Below, piece by piece: positions 18,077 through 27,393 of a DNA stretch of 64,000 nt (the first letter of the stretch is position 1; each line of letters starts with the position of its first letter). This DNA comes from Gammaproteobacteria bacterium (GTDB taxonomy: Bacteria; Pseudomonadota; Gammaproteobacteria; Eutrophobiales; Eutrophobiaceae): positions 1,376,001 to 1,440,000 of the forward strand of contig OZ220696.1 of the NCBI GenBank assembly GCA_965116495.1, written 5' to 3'. The notes under the pieces were generated by a model. That model was not told where the DNA came from and ran no database searches. It worked only from the letters and a program-made list of their open reading frames with translations. The position numbers were made by a program, and so were the translations under genes.

Positions 18077-19225
18077 CTATTCCTGGCTTTGCAGCCGCAT
18101 TAACTCCTTAACCGTGCACACGGTATAGATGATGTTGTTCCGGCGTATGCGATAGGCGCTTTTCAAGTGGGGCGAAACGATATAGTTTTCGCCGCCAGGG
18201 TATATGGAGCGGAATGTTTCAACGGGGACGGTATTGAACCTGTCAGGGTTGATCTTGCATTCAATTGTGTCAACCCGATCACGAGTGTGCCGAACCACAA
18301 AATCCACCTCGCGGCGTGATTTATCCTGCCAGTAGAATATATCTTCATCAGCGTATTGAAAACGCAGGGCATCGAGTACCAGGTGTTCCCACAGCAGGCC
18401 GCGATCGTCTTCCCTGATGTTGTCCCAGCCTTTTTCAAAGGTGACGAACCCGGTATCGAAGGCATAACACTTCGGACGGCTGACTATCTCGCGTTTGCCC
18501 CCGCCGTGAAAAGGGGGCAACAAGAATATCGCATGAGCGACCTGCAAGGCTTCAACGTGTGATTTGACTGTGGGACGAGTCTGTTCATTCAAGCTCGACA
18601 GACGGCTATAGTCCAATTGCCCACCGCTCTGGCGCAGCAGGAGTCTGAACAGGGACAGGAATCCCCGGCGATTACGAATCCCGAACAGTTCCAGAATATC
18701 CCGGGCGTAGAAGCTGTCAAGCCATTCATTAAAAAAAGCAGGGTCCTTGTCGGCTGCCAGCAAGGCTTCGGGTAAACCGCCGAACAGCAATCTGCGGTCC
18801 AGGTCGCGAACAGCGAAGGAATCCTCACACTCTTCCCACAATACCGGACAGAGATGGATGGCCTGTTTGCGCCCGGTGAGCGAGTCACGGAACTTGCGGG
18901 TTGCCGCCAGGGTAGAGGAGCCTGTAGCCAGTATCCGCAAATACGGATATTCATCAGCAGCGATCTTCAGCAACCTGCTCGGATCATCGAGGCGATGCAC
19001 CTCGTCAAGAATCAATACCCGGTCAGGAGCCTGGCTATCAAGAAACAACTCCGGTTCCTCCAGGGTCCTGTGCACGGAGGGCAGGTCACAATTCAGGTAA
19101 ACTGCATCAGGCAGCATCCTTGCGAGTGTTGTCTTACCAACCCGTCGTACACCGGATAGCCACACGATAGAACGGCGAGACCATCCATTCTGAAGCTGCT
19201 TTAACCATATATTTCGATTAATCAT
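18077..19225 (-). CDS. AAA+ ATPase, AAA_14/DUF4143 type
   Basis: Walker A GVRRVGKT, Walker B LILDEVH, ATGSS, PKCYAFDTG, and a C-terminal EVDFVV...IECK nuclease-like motif. Confidence 0.9.
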   Translation of the reverse strand: MINRNIWLKQLQNGWSRRSIVWLSGVRRVGKTTLARMLPDAVYLNCDLPSVHRTLEEPELFLDSQAPDRVLILDEVHRLDDPSRLLKIAADEYPYLRILATGSSTLAATRKFRDSLTGRKQAIHLCPVLWEECEDSFAVRDLDRRLLFGGLPEALLAADKDPAFFNEWLDSFYARDILELFGIRNRRGFLSLFRLLLRQSGGQLDYSRLSSLNEQTRPTVKSHVEALQVAHAIFLLPPFHGGGKREIVSRPKCYAFDTGFVTFEKGWDNIREDDRGLLWEHLVLDALRFQYADEDIFYWQDKSRREVDFVVRHTRDRVDTIECKINPDRFNTVPVETFRSIYPGGENYIVSPHLKSAYRIRRNNIIYTVCTVKELMRLQSQE

Positions 19226-19318
19226 ATATGTATTTTACATTTATCCGTCTAAATGTTAAATTAATTTTAATAATTGACCGAAAGTACGAAACTTTGTTAG
19301 ACCGCTTGGAGTGGACGC

Positions 19319-19675
19319 TCAGCGCAGATCAAAAATGATTTTTAACGCTGCATCGACTTCAGCCATATAGCTATCTTCCAACTCCCCTAGTATACGAAGT
19401 AGGCGCGCACGACGGTCAATCGGGCGAGTTTGCAGGCAATCTGCTACAGACTTTTTGGTACAACCGTTGCGTGACGAGGGTAAAATTTCCACATTTGTGA
19501 AGATACGGGCTTTTTTTTCATTCCAGGCAGTCAAAGGAACTACCTGGCTGATCGGAACACGCGCGTTATAAGTATTATTTGTAACGACAACGCAGGGGCG
19601 AATTTTGCCGGTCTCTGAGCCCTTGACAGGCTCAAGGTTGACGTCGATCACCATTCCTCGAGTCAGCTTGTTCAT
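19319..19675 (-). CDS. PemK/MazF family toxin
   Basis: RGMVIDVNLEPVKGSETGKIRPCVVVTNN, ADCLQTRPID. Confidence 0.93.
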   Translation of the reverse strand: MNKLTRGMVIDVNLEPVKGSETGKIRPCVVVTNNTYNARVPISQVVPLTAWNEKKARIFTNVEILPSSRNGCTKKSVADCLQTRPIDRRARLLRILGELEDSYMAEVDAALKIIFDLR

Positions 19676-19905
19676 TCAGGCCAATCAGATAGCGCCGCCT
19701 CAGTCCATTCCCGTGTTTCACTATCATTTGCGTAGAGTTCAGCGTAGAGGTCTGCTGACTCAGCCAGGCGTTGCTGAAATAATTCTTCCTGTAAGTGATC
19801 AAGCGCTGTTCGTACGACTTCGCTTTTATCTTTAAAGCCATACTGCTCACGTTTAGAGAGAAATTGCATGTGAGCGTCTGTTATGCTGAATTTGGCTTGA
19901 ACCAT
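19672..19905 (-). CDS. Putative antitoxin (ribbon-helix-helix-like) of the MazF module
   Basis: 77 aa; KSEVVRTALD; acidic tail; ATGA overlap with the toxin gene. Confidence 0.8.
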   Translation of the reverse strand: MVQAKFSITDAHMQFLSKREQYGFKDKSEVVRTALDHLQEELFQQRLAESADLYAELYANDSETREWTEAALSDWPE

Positions 19906-19940
19906 GACAACCTCCTAACTATACCCATAAAGAGGGCTGT

Positions 19941-19965
19941 TAATTTAGGCCCTAATTTAAGGCCC
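19941..19965. promoter_or_regulatory. Direct repeat TAATTTA(A)GGCCC x2, candidate antitoxin operator
   Basis: Lies just upstream of the antitoxin start; function is inferred. Confidence 0.35.
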
Positions 19966-20017
19966 AAACCAGGTAATGTCAATATCTGTCCCTGATTTAC
20001 AGGAATGACAAGCAGGC

Positions 20018-20893
20018 TTAAAACGTATCGATTGGAATCTTGATGTAGCGCGCGCCGTTACGCTCTACTTCCGGCAAGCGGCCGGCGCGCATGTTTACCT
20101 GTATGGAAGGTATCAACAGGACGGGCATATCCAGTGTCTTGTCTTTTGCGCGCCGGATGGAGACAAACTGTTCCTCTGAAATTCCGTCACCAACGTGTAT
20201 GTTGGACGCACGTTGCTGTGCAACGGTCGTCTCACAGGCAGGCTTGCGGCCGGGAGGCGGATAATCGTGACAGACGAACAGGCGCGTATCACCCGGCAGG
20301 TCAAGCAGCACCTTGATTGAACGATACAGGGTGTGAGCGTCACCGCCTGGAAAATCGCATCTTGCCGTACCAATATCGGGCATGAAAACAGTATCGCCGA
20401 CAAACAGGGCATCGCCTACCAGGTACGATACACAGGCCGCCGTGTGACCGGGCGTATGAAAGGCCTTTGCAGGAAGCTGCCCAATGTTCAGGCTCTCATC
20501 ATGGCGGAATAAATTATCAAAATCGTGACCGTCGAATTCAAAATCATCTTCCGTATTAAAGATGTGATAAAAATTCCGCTGCACCTCCACTATATGCTGG
20601 CCGATACCAATCCTGCCCCCGGTTTTCTTTTTGATATACGGCGCGGCTGACAGGTGATCCGCATGAATATGGGTTTCCAGGAGCCAGCTGACGTGATAGT
20701 TGTTGTCCTGGACGAATGCAATAATTTTATCTGCCGATAGAGTGTCGGTACGGCCTGTAACATAGTCAAAGCCCGTTACGGAATCGATGATTGCGCATTC
20801 GCGCGTTTGCCCGTCGACGACAACGTAACTGAAGGTGGAAGTTGCCTCGTCAAAAAAACTGTGAATTTCAGCCTTTCCCGATAAGACGCTCAT
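20018..20893 (-). CDS. MBL-fold persulfide dioxygenase-like protein (Sdo/Blh/ETHE1 type)
   Basis: LETHIHADHLSAA, TPGHT, GTARCDFPGG, CHDY, PSIQVNMRAG. Confidence 0.88.
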   Translation of the reverse strand: MSVLSGKAEIHSFFDEATSTFSYVVVDGQTRECAIIDSVTGFDYVTGRTDTLSADKIIAFVQDNNYHVSWLLETHIHADHLSAAPYIKKKTGGRIGIGQHIVEVQRNFYHIFNTEDDFEFDGHDFDNLFRHDESLNIGQLPAKAFHTPGHTAACVSYLVGDALFVGDTVFMPDIGTARCDFPGGDAHTLYRSIKVLLDLPGDTRLFVCHDYPPPGRKPACETTVAQQRASNIHVGDGISEEQFVSIRRAKDKTLDMPVLLIPSIQVNMRAGRLPEVERNGARYIKIPIDTF

Positions 20894-20924
20894 GTCAACA
20901 TTATCTCATAATCACCATCTGACT

Positions 20925-22292
20925 TTACCAACAGGGGTTACCTTTAACCAGCCTGCCCTGTGCCCAGACCCAGGTGATGTTATGCCGGTCCGCGTTGTAG
21001 ATGATCTTTTGCAGCATGTCCTCATGGGTATCCAGCCCTTCCCACAGGCTGAGATTACTGTCCCCAAGGTTTGCATCAACCACAAGCGCGTCAAACGCAT
21101 AACCTTGTTTGATTAAACCAATATTGAGGTCCAGCGCCAGGCCGCCGGCCGTCGTCGCCATCCAGAATGCCTCCCTGAAGTCAATCCTGGCGTTCGGCGT
21201 CCCGCGGCTGTCACGATCAGCTACAGGGTCAACCCCCTCTTCCAGGGCGCGGGACGCGGTGACTGCCATCGAGCAGTTGCGCAACAGGCTGGGGTCTGGC
21301 CCTCCAGAGATGTCAGTGCCCAGTCCCACCTGCAGACCGCGGTCCAGGGCTTTTCTCGCCGGGAATACCGCATTGGAAAAATAAAAGTTGGACAAGGGGC
21401 AATGCGCGACACCCGTTTGTGCCTGCCTGATGGTGTCCATATCCCGGTCATCGATGAAGTCGGCATGGGCCAGAACGGTCTTGTCAGTTAACAACCCGAA
21501 TTCCTTCAGGCTTTGGGTATCGTGCCTGCCGTGCCTGTTTATCACGTAAGCATGTTCCCAATCACTCTCGGAACAATGGGTCTGTACATGGCAGCCGTAC
21601 TCCTGTGCGATTTCGGCCAGCCCCGCCAGCATCTCATCCGTACAACTCGGGATAAACCGGGGTGTTACCACGGGTTTTACCAGTCCGGTTTCATTACCGG
21701 GCAGTGCGTTTATATGCCGGATCAATGCCCGCGTGTCCTCGAGTCCCCGGTCTGCGGACGCATCGCGATAAAATTCAGGGCATTCTTCCGGGTTGTCCAT
21801 CGCCACCTTGCCGACCAGACCACGCTGACCCCTGGCCAGGCAAATTTCAGCCAGCCGTTTAGTGGCTTCCAGGTGAATTGTGCCGAAATAAAGCGCGGTC
21901 GTCGTTCCGTTGGCGACCAGGGTATCCACCAATGAGGTGTACACCGCTTCGGCGAAGGCAATGTCCTGGTATTTTGCCTCAAGCGGGAAGGTATATTGCT
22001 GCAACCAGTCATACAGCGGCAAATGCAAGGCCTTGCCAAGTTGCGGCCACTGGGGGGCATGGATATGCAGGTCCACCATACCGGGCAACAGGTACTGGCC
22101 GGCGCCAAGCTGCAGCAGTCTGCCGCGCGCGGCGGCCCGGCGCTTCAGTTCCTCGCAGTCGCCGCTGCCGCCCTGGTGCAGCGCGGCAATATGTCCCGCG
22201 TCATCCACTTCAACCAACGCATCTTCAAGCACCTCGACCTCACCACAGACAGGCGCATGAATCACGGTCCCGCAAACGCTGAAACCACTCAT
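20925..22292 (-). CDS. guaD: Guanine deaminase
   Basis: PGMVDLHIHAPQW, TPRFIPSCT, QTHCSE, GLGTDISGG. Confidence 0.92.
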   Translation of the reverse strand: MSGFSVCGTVIHAPVCGEVEVLEDALVEVDDAGHIAALHQGGSGDCEELKRRAAARGRLLQLGAGQYLLPGMVDLHIHAPQWPQLGKALHLPLYDWLQQYTFPLEAKYQDIAFAEAVYTSLVDTLVANGTTTALYFGTIHLEATKRLAEICLARGQRGLVGKVAMDNPEECPEFYRDASADRGLEDTRALIRHINALPGNETGLVKPVVTPRFIPSCTDEMLAGLAEIAQEYGCHVQTHCSESDWEHAYVINRHGRHDTQSLKEFGLLTDKTVLAHADFIDDRDMDTIRQAQTGVAHCPLSNFYFSNAVFPARKALDRGLQVGLGTDISGGPDPSLLRNCSMAVTASRALEEGVDPVADRDSRGTPNARIDFREAFWMATTAGGLALDLNIGLIKQGYAFDALVVDANLGDSNLSLWEGLDTHEDMLQKIIYNADRHNITWVWAQGRLVKGNPCW

Positions 22293-22316
22293 TGACGGGG
22301 AGAACTACCGTTCATT

Positions 22317-22856
22317 TTAACCACTACCGGGGTCGCCAAGCAGGTCTTCAAGCCGGTAGCCGGCGATCCTGAAGACCTGCCCCAGACATTCGTCGAACTC
22401 AACTTGCAGACTATTTTCCAGGCGCTCCCGGAATCGCATGATGATTTTATCCGGGTCCAGCCCCTTCACCGCGAGAATAAACGGGAAACCGAATTTGTCC
22501 CGGTAGCGCCGATTCAACTCCGCCAGTAATTCAACCTGACCGCCGTCATTCAGTCCGGCATTTCTCTGCTCTCGTTCGGAATGTCCCGTCAAAGGTTTCC
22601 GCGCACCCAGCTCCGGATGTGCCCGCAACAGAGCCAACTGCCGCTCCCGACCGGCGTTTCTTACGACCTCACACAACGCTTCAGCCACGTGCGCGTCACT
22701 CCTGAACGGCCTTGACTGCCACGCCGTCTCAGCCACCCAGGGCGAATCCTCAAACACCGCGCCGAAAACGGCAACAAAGGCATCCCTGTGCATATCGTTG
22801 ATGTTGCTGTACCGGTATTTAACGGAGGAAGTGTCTTTCACCATGATATGGGCCAT
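22317..22856 (-). CDS. uraD: OHCU decarboxylase
   Basis: FEDSPWVAE, LLRAHPEL, SEREQ..AGL, KFGFPFILAVKG. Confidence 0.92.
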   Translation of the reverse strand: MAHIMVKDTSSVKYRYSNINDMHRDAFVAVFGAVFEDSPWVAETAWQSRPFRSDAHVAEALCEVVRNAGRERQLALLRAHPELGARKPLTGHSEREQRNAGLNDGGQVELLAELNRRYRDKFGFPFILAVKGLDPDKIIMRFRERLENSLQVEFDECLGQVFRIAGYRLEDLLGDPGSG

Positions 22857-22863
22857 CCACTTC

Positions 22864-24021
22864 CTACAAAACAGTCGACCTGTTACTGCTCAGCAGCCAG
22901 CGACCTGTAGCAAACAGGACAAACACCAGGCTGGCCGCAATCAAAACCAGGGGGAAGCCCCCAGGGTCCCATATATCCATGGCAACGCCGGTCAGCGGCG
23001 GCCAAATCATGCTGCCGACACCCCAGAGAAGACCGAGGGAAAGATTGGCCGTCACCAGTTCCCTGCCGCGGAAACGCTGGCCGATTATGGTCAATACCGC
23101 CGTATACATGCCGGCAAAAGCGCCGCCCCAGGCAAACAGCAGCGGCCACAGGAAGACACGGGCATCCATGACATACGGCAACAGGACGGCGCCGGCCAGG
23201 GCGACCAGGCCGCAACATACGAGCACTCCGTATCGGTTGAACTTGTCCGCCAGCCATCCCATGGGATATGACAGGGACACTCCTCCAACGCCGATAACGG
23301 TAAGCATGATCGCGGCTTCGGCCTGGCCCATCCCGCTGCGTACGCCGTACACCGGCAACAATGAATTCCCCGCCGTCTCCTTCATGGAGAACAACAATAC
23401 GCCGGCAACCAGGGTGGGGGCCAGCCACATAAAGGAAAAAATATTGAACGAGGATTCTTCATGGGTGGATAAACGGTACGGCCCTGTAAAGAGTAAAGGC
23501 AACGCAGCCAGGGCTATGAAACAAGCCCCGACCAGAAACGGCGCCCAGCCCTGGATTCCCACAGCAGGGATTACCAGCGGCCCCATGGCGATGGCTGCGG
23601 CTAACAGGGCGTTGTAGAGGCCCATGAGCCGCCCCCGGTTGGCGTCATCGACAATTTCGTTGATCCAGGTTTCACTGGTCACCAGCATGCAGTTGGTCAT
23701 CGCTCCCAGGGACATGCCCAGGGCAAACCAGGCGTAGAGATGATCAAAGCGCGGAAATTGCAGGAGCACAATCAGGTCCAGCGCCAGGGTAAGGATTAAA
23801 AAACGCTGCATACCCAGCTTCTCGACCAGCGTCGGAATAAACGGGGTGGAGAGGAATATGCCTATGGCGGGCATTGCGGCATTCAGACCGATGATGCTGC
23901 GATCAATGTCCCGCGCTTCCAGGATGAGGGCCAGCAGGGGCCGGCTCAATCCCAGGGTAAAGCCGTACATGGCCACACAGGCAAAAATGGCGAACAGCGC
24001 CTTGTTTCGATTGTTTTTCAC
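22864..24021 (-). CDS. MFS transporter
   Basis: 12 hydrophobic segments; ETWINE...RGRLMGLY and GWLADKFNR motifs. Confidence 0.9.
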   Translation of the reverse strand: MKNNRNKALFAIFACVAMYGFTLGLSRPLLALILEARDIDRSIIGLNAAMPAIGIFLSTPFIPTLVEKLGMQRFLILTLALDLIVLLQFPRFDHLYAWFALGMSLGAMTNCMLVTSETWINEIVDDANRGRLMGLYNALLAAAIAMGPLVIPAVGIQGWAPFLVGACFIALAALPLLFTGPYRLSTHEESSFNIFSFMWLAPTLVAGVLLFSMKETAGNSLLPVYGVRSGMGQAEAAIMLTVIGVGGVSLSYPMGWLADKFNRYGVLVCCGLVALAGAVLLPYVMDARVFLWPLLFAWGGAFAGMYTAVLTIIGQRFRGRELVTANLSLGLLWGVGSMIWPPLTGVAMDIWDPGGFPLVLIAASLVFVLFATGRWLLSSNRSTVL

Positions 24022-24042
24022 ACCGGGACGGACAAAAGAACG

Positions 24043-24951
24043 TTATTCTGTCCTACAGGGATGCTTCTCATGCCAGTGTCCGGCAATTTCCACGCGCCGG
24101 CAGATCCAGACGTCCTCATGCTGTTGCACGTAATCAAGAAAACGTTGCAACGAAGCCGCCCTTCCGGGTTTGCCGATGATTCGGCAGTGTAAACCCACGG
24201 ACATCATCTTCGGAGCCGTTTCTCCTTCCCGGTAGAGCACGTCAAATGCATCCTTGAGGTAGGTAAAAAACTGGTCGCCGGTATTAAAGCCCTGGTTGGT
24301 GGCAAAACGCATGTCATTGGCATCCAGGGTGTACGGCACTACGAGATGAGGTTTGCCGTGCACCAGTTCCCAGTAGGGAAGATCATCTGCGTAGGAATCC
24401 GCATCATACAGGAACCCGCCATGTTCAACGACCAGGCGGCGGGTATTCGGGCTGTCACGGCCGGTATACCAACCCAGCGGCGGACTGCCGGTCAACCCGG
24501 TGAGCGTATCCACCGCCAGCTTGATATGGGTGCGCTCGGTCTCCTCATCGATAAACTGGTAATTGATCCAGCGCCAGCCGTGACCGGCTATCTCGTGCCC
24601 GTCTTCCAGTATGGCCCCCACGGCTTCCGGGTGACGCTGCAAAGCCATAGCCACCGCGAACACGGTGACCTTGATGTCACGTTCGCGGAAAATCCGCAGT
24701 AACCGCCAGAGCCCTGCGCGGCTGCCATATTCATAGAGGGATTCCATACTCTTGTGGCGTACGCCGGCAAAGGCCTCGGCGCCGATAATCTCGGACAAAA
24801 AGGTCTCCGACGCCGCATCCCCGTGCAATACGGAACTTTCCGCGCCCTCCTCATAGTTGAGCACGATCTGCAATGCCAGGCGCGCGCCGCCCGGCCACTG
24901 CGGATGGGGTGTATTTGCCCCGTAGCCAATTAAATCGCGCGGATAACTCAA
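24043..24951 (-). CDS. puuE: Allantoinase PuuE (polysaccharide deacetylase fold)
   Basis: YPRDLIGYG, VLNYEEG, SMESLYEYGSRAG, GWYTGRDSPNTR, KMMSVGLHCR. Confidence 0.96.
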   Translation of the reverse strand: MSYPRDLIGYGANTPHPQWPGGARLALQIVLNYEEGAESSVLHGDAASETFLSEIIGAEAFAGVRHKSMESLYEYGSRAGLWRLLRIFRERDIKVTVFAVAMALQRHPEAVGAILEDGHEIAGHGWRWINYQFIDEETERTHIKLAVDTLTGLTGSPPLGWYTGRDSPNTRRLVVEHGGFLYDADSYADDLPYWELVHGKPHLVVPYTLDANDMRFATNQGFNTGDQFFTYLKDAFDVLYREGETAPKMMSVGLHCRIIGKPGRAASLQRFLDYVQQHEDVWICRRVEIAGHWHEKHPCRTE

Positions 24952-24960
24952 ATTTGTCTC

Positions 24961-24998
24961 AATTAATAATTAATATTACGAATTAGGAATTACGAATT
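24961..24998. repeat. Heptamer tandem repeat (AATTAvn, about 5 units), family D
   Basis: AATTAAT AATTAAT ATTACG AATTAGG AATTACG AATT. Confidence 0.75.
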
Positions 24999-25093
24999 CC
25001 AAATGAGAAATGTTACTGTACAGGCCAAGCGGAGAAAAAACCATTATAATGACGCCGGCGCACCGTAACCGATAAATTTCTGACTGGCATAAC

Positions 25094-26167
25094 ATGAGCG
25101 AACAAGAACGACTGAGGGACGTAAAACATGCCTTTGTCGACCTGGCCGACGAACGGCTGGGGACAGAGGCGATCTATTGTACGGACGACTTCTTTGCGCC
25201 CATGCAGAACATGTTGAACCCAAGGGAGCCGGTATTCACCCCCGGCAAGTTTACCGATCGCGGCAAGTGGATGGACGGCTGGGAATCGCGGCGTAAACGC
25301 AACGGCGATTATGATTACTGCATCGTACAATTTGGCATATCCGGCATTATCAAGGCCGTGGACGTGGATACGCGGCATTTCACGGGTAATTATCCGGCAC
25401 AGGCATCCCTCGACGTCTGTAATTCGGATAAACCTCCTGATGAAACGACCCAGTGGACCGAGATCATCCCCAGGCATAACCTGGAGGGCGATTCCCATAA
25501 CCTGTTTGACTCGGATAATACGGATATCTGGACCCACGCCCGCCTGAATATTTATCCTGACGGTGGAGTTGCGCGTCTGCGTATATACGGCAATGTCTAT
25601 CGCGACTGGAGCGATGTCAAACGGACAAAAATGATAGACTTGGCTGCGGTTGAAAACGGCGGGCGTACGCTCGCCTGCAACGATGAACACTTCGGCGACA
25701 TGGGGAATATCATCATGCCCGGGAAAGGTATCAACATGGGTGACGGCTGGGAAACGCGACGCCGGCGCGATGCTGGCCATGACTGGCTCATCCTGCAGCT
25801 GGGTCATGCCGGGACGATCGAGATGATTAATGTTGATACCGCCTTTTTCAAGGGCAACTATCCGGACCGGGTCAGCCTGGATGCCCTTTACCTGTCAGGG
25901 TTCAGTAAAGATGCGCCTTCACTGGAAGAAGTAGCCTGGCATGACGTATTGGGATTGATGCTGGAAATGGACCCGGACGCGCTGCTCCGGGATGGCGTTA
26001 CCTGGCAACCGCTCCTGCATGAACAGAAACTGGGACCGGATAAAGAGCACTGGTTCAAGGAGCAATTGCAGGACTTGGGACCGGTCAGTCATATCCGGAT
26101 CAACATGCATCCCGACGGCGGTATCAGCCGTTTCCGGGTTTACGGCTATAAATATCACGAAGAATAA
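25094..26167 (+). CDS. alc: Allantoicase
   Basis: Two repeated domains: DGWESRRKR / DGWETRRRR, VDTRHFTGNYP / VDTAFFKGNYP, PDGGVARLR / PDGGISRFR. Confidence 0.96.
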   Translation: MSEQERLRDVKHAFVDLADERLGTEAIYCTDDFFAPMQNMLNPREPVFTPGKFTDRGKWMDGWESRRKRNGDYDYCIVQFGISGIIKAVDVDTRHFTGNYPAQASLDVCNSDKPPDETTQWTEIIPRHNLEGDSHNLFDSDNTDIWTHARLNIYPDGGVARLRIYGNVYRDWSDVKRTKMIDLAAVENGGRTLACNDEHFGDMGNIIMPGKGINMGDGWETRRRRDAGHDWLILQLGHAGTIEMINVDTAFFKGNYPDRVSLDALYLSGFSKDAPSLEEVAWHDVLGLMLEMDPDALLRDGVTWQPLLHEQKLGPDKEHWFKEQLQDLGPVSHIRINMHPDGGISRFRVYGYKYHEE

Positions 26168-26170
26168 AAC

Positions 26171-26731
26171 ATGGAAAAAACATACATCCGTTCACAGGAA
26201 TTGCTGGAAGATTCATTCAGGCTGGCCGCAGCGATCTATACCAGCGGCTTCCGCCCGCATTTCATCGTAGGGATATGGCGCGGCGGTTCACCGGTCGGTA
26301 TCGCGGTGCAGGAGTATTTTGAGTTTCGCGGGGTGGAAACGGACCACATCGCCATCCGTACCTCTTCTTACACAGGTATTGGCGAACAATCGAACAGCAT
26401 TCGCGTGCATGGCCTGCATTACATTATTGAAAACGTCAATGCGGAGGATCCCCTGCTCATCGTTGATGACGTATTCGATTCAGGCAGGAGCATCAAGGCG
26501 GTACTGGATGAACTGGCGGAAAAGACCCGGCGCAATATGCCTTCCGATCTGAAAATCGCCTGCACCTGGTACAAGCCCGGCAACAGCAAGGTAGCCATCG
26601 TGCCGGACTATTACATCCATAAGACCGATAAATGGCTTGTTTTTCCCCACGAACTCGCCGGTTTGACCATTGATGAGATCAGGACAGGGAAAGAGGACCT
26701 GAGTCAAATCTGCGACCTGCTGGGAGACTGA
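26171..26731 (+). CDS. Type I phosphoribosyltransferase (hypoxanthine/xanthine-like)
   Basis: IWRGG, PRPP loop LLIVDDVFDSGRS, WLVFPHE. Confidence 0.88.
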   Translation: MEKTYIRSQELLEDSFRLAAAIYTSGFRPHFIVGIWRGGSPVGIAVQEYFEFRGVETDHIAIRTSSYTGIGEQSNSIRVHGLHYIIENVNAEDPLLIVDDVFDSGRSIKAVLDELAEKTRRNMPSDLKIACTWYKPGNSKVAIVPDYYIHKTDKWLVFPHELAGLTIDEIRTGKEDLSQICDLLGD

Positions 26732-26781
26732 CCTCCAAACTACACTATACACAACGACATAAATAATGCCGCATCATGATT

Positions 26782-26876
26782 CGTCATTCCGGCAAAAGGC
26801 CGGAATCCAGTAGACAAAACTCTTTATAGGGAAGGTTTGCTTACTGGATTCTGGTCTTTGCCTTCGCAGGAATGAC
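26782..26876. repeat. Family A palindromic element
   Basis: CGTCATTCCGGCAAAAGGCCGGAATCCAG...CTGGATTCTGGTCTTTGCCTTCGCAGGAATGAC. Confidence 0.88.
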
Positions 26877-26937
26877 AAACGTGGCGCGATTTATGACGTT
26901 ACGTATAAAAAGTGAATTGATTACAGGTGGTCTGACC

Positions 26938-27393
26938 ATGAAGATTGAAAAAACCTTTGCCGTGGATGCGCCGCAACAAGTTGCCTGGGATTTTATTACA
27001 TCGCCTGAACTGGTTGCTCCCTGTATTCCCGGCTGCACGGGGGCCGAAGAAACGGAGCCGGGCAAATACCGGGCTGTGATCAAGACAAAGGTCGGGCCGA
27101 TAAAAACCATGTTTAAAGTCGGCATTGAGACGCGCGGAGAGCGGCCGCCGGAATTTGCCGCCTACACCACTTCCGGTGAAGAAGGCAGCCGGTCCAGCCT
27201 GATAAAAGCCGTCAGTACCTTGAGTCTGAAACAACTTGATCAGGATAAAACGGAAGTGACCTACACATCCGAGATCAATATGCTGGGCCGGTTGGGAAAA
27301 TTTGGCTCCGGCCTGATGCAGAAAGTAGCCGATTCAATCGGCAACGAATTTATTGCTACAATGCAGGACAGGATCAAATCCGGGGAGTACTAA
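26938..27393 (+). CDS. coxG: CoxG/SRPBCC family protein
   Basis: AWDFITSPELVAPCIPG, KVGPIK, GRLGKFGSGLMQKVAD. Confidence 0.85.
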   Translation: MKIEKTFAVDAPQQVAWDFITSPELVAPCIPGCTGAEETEPGKYRAVIKTKVGPIKTMFKVGIETRGERPPEFAAYTTSGEEGSRSSLIKAVSTLSLKQLDQDKTEVTYTSEINMLGRLGKFGSGLMQKVADSIGNEFIATMQDRIKSGEY

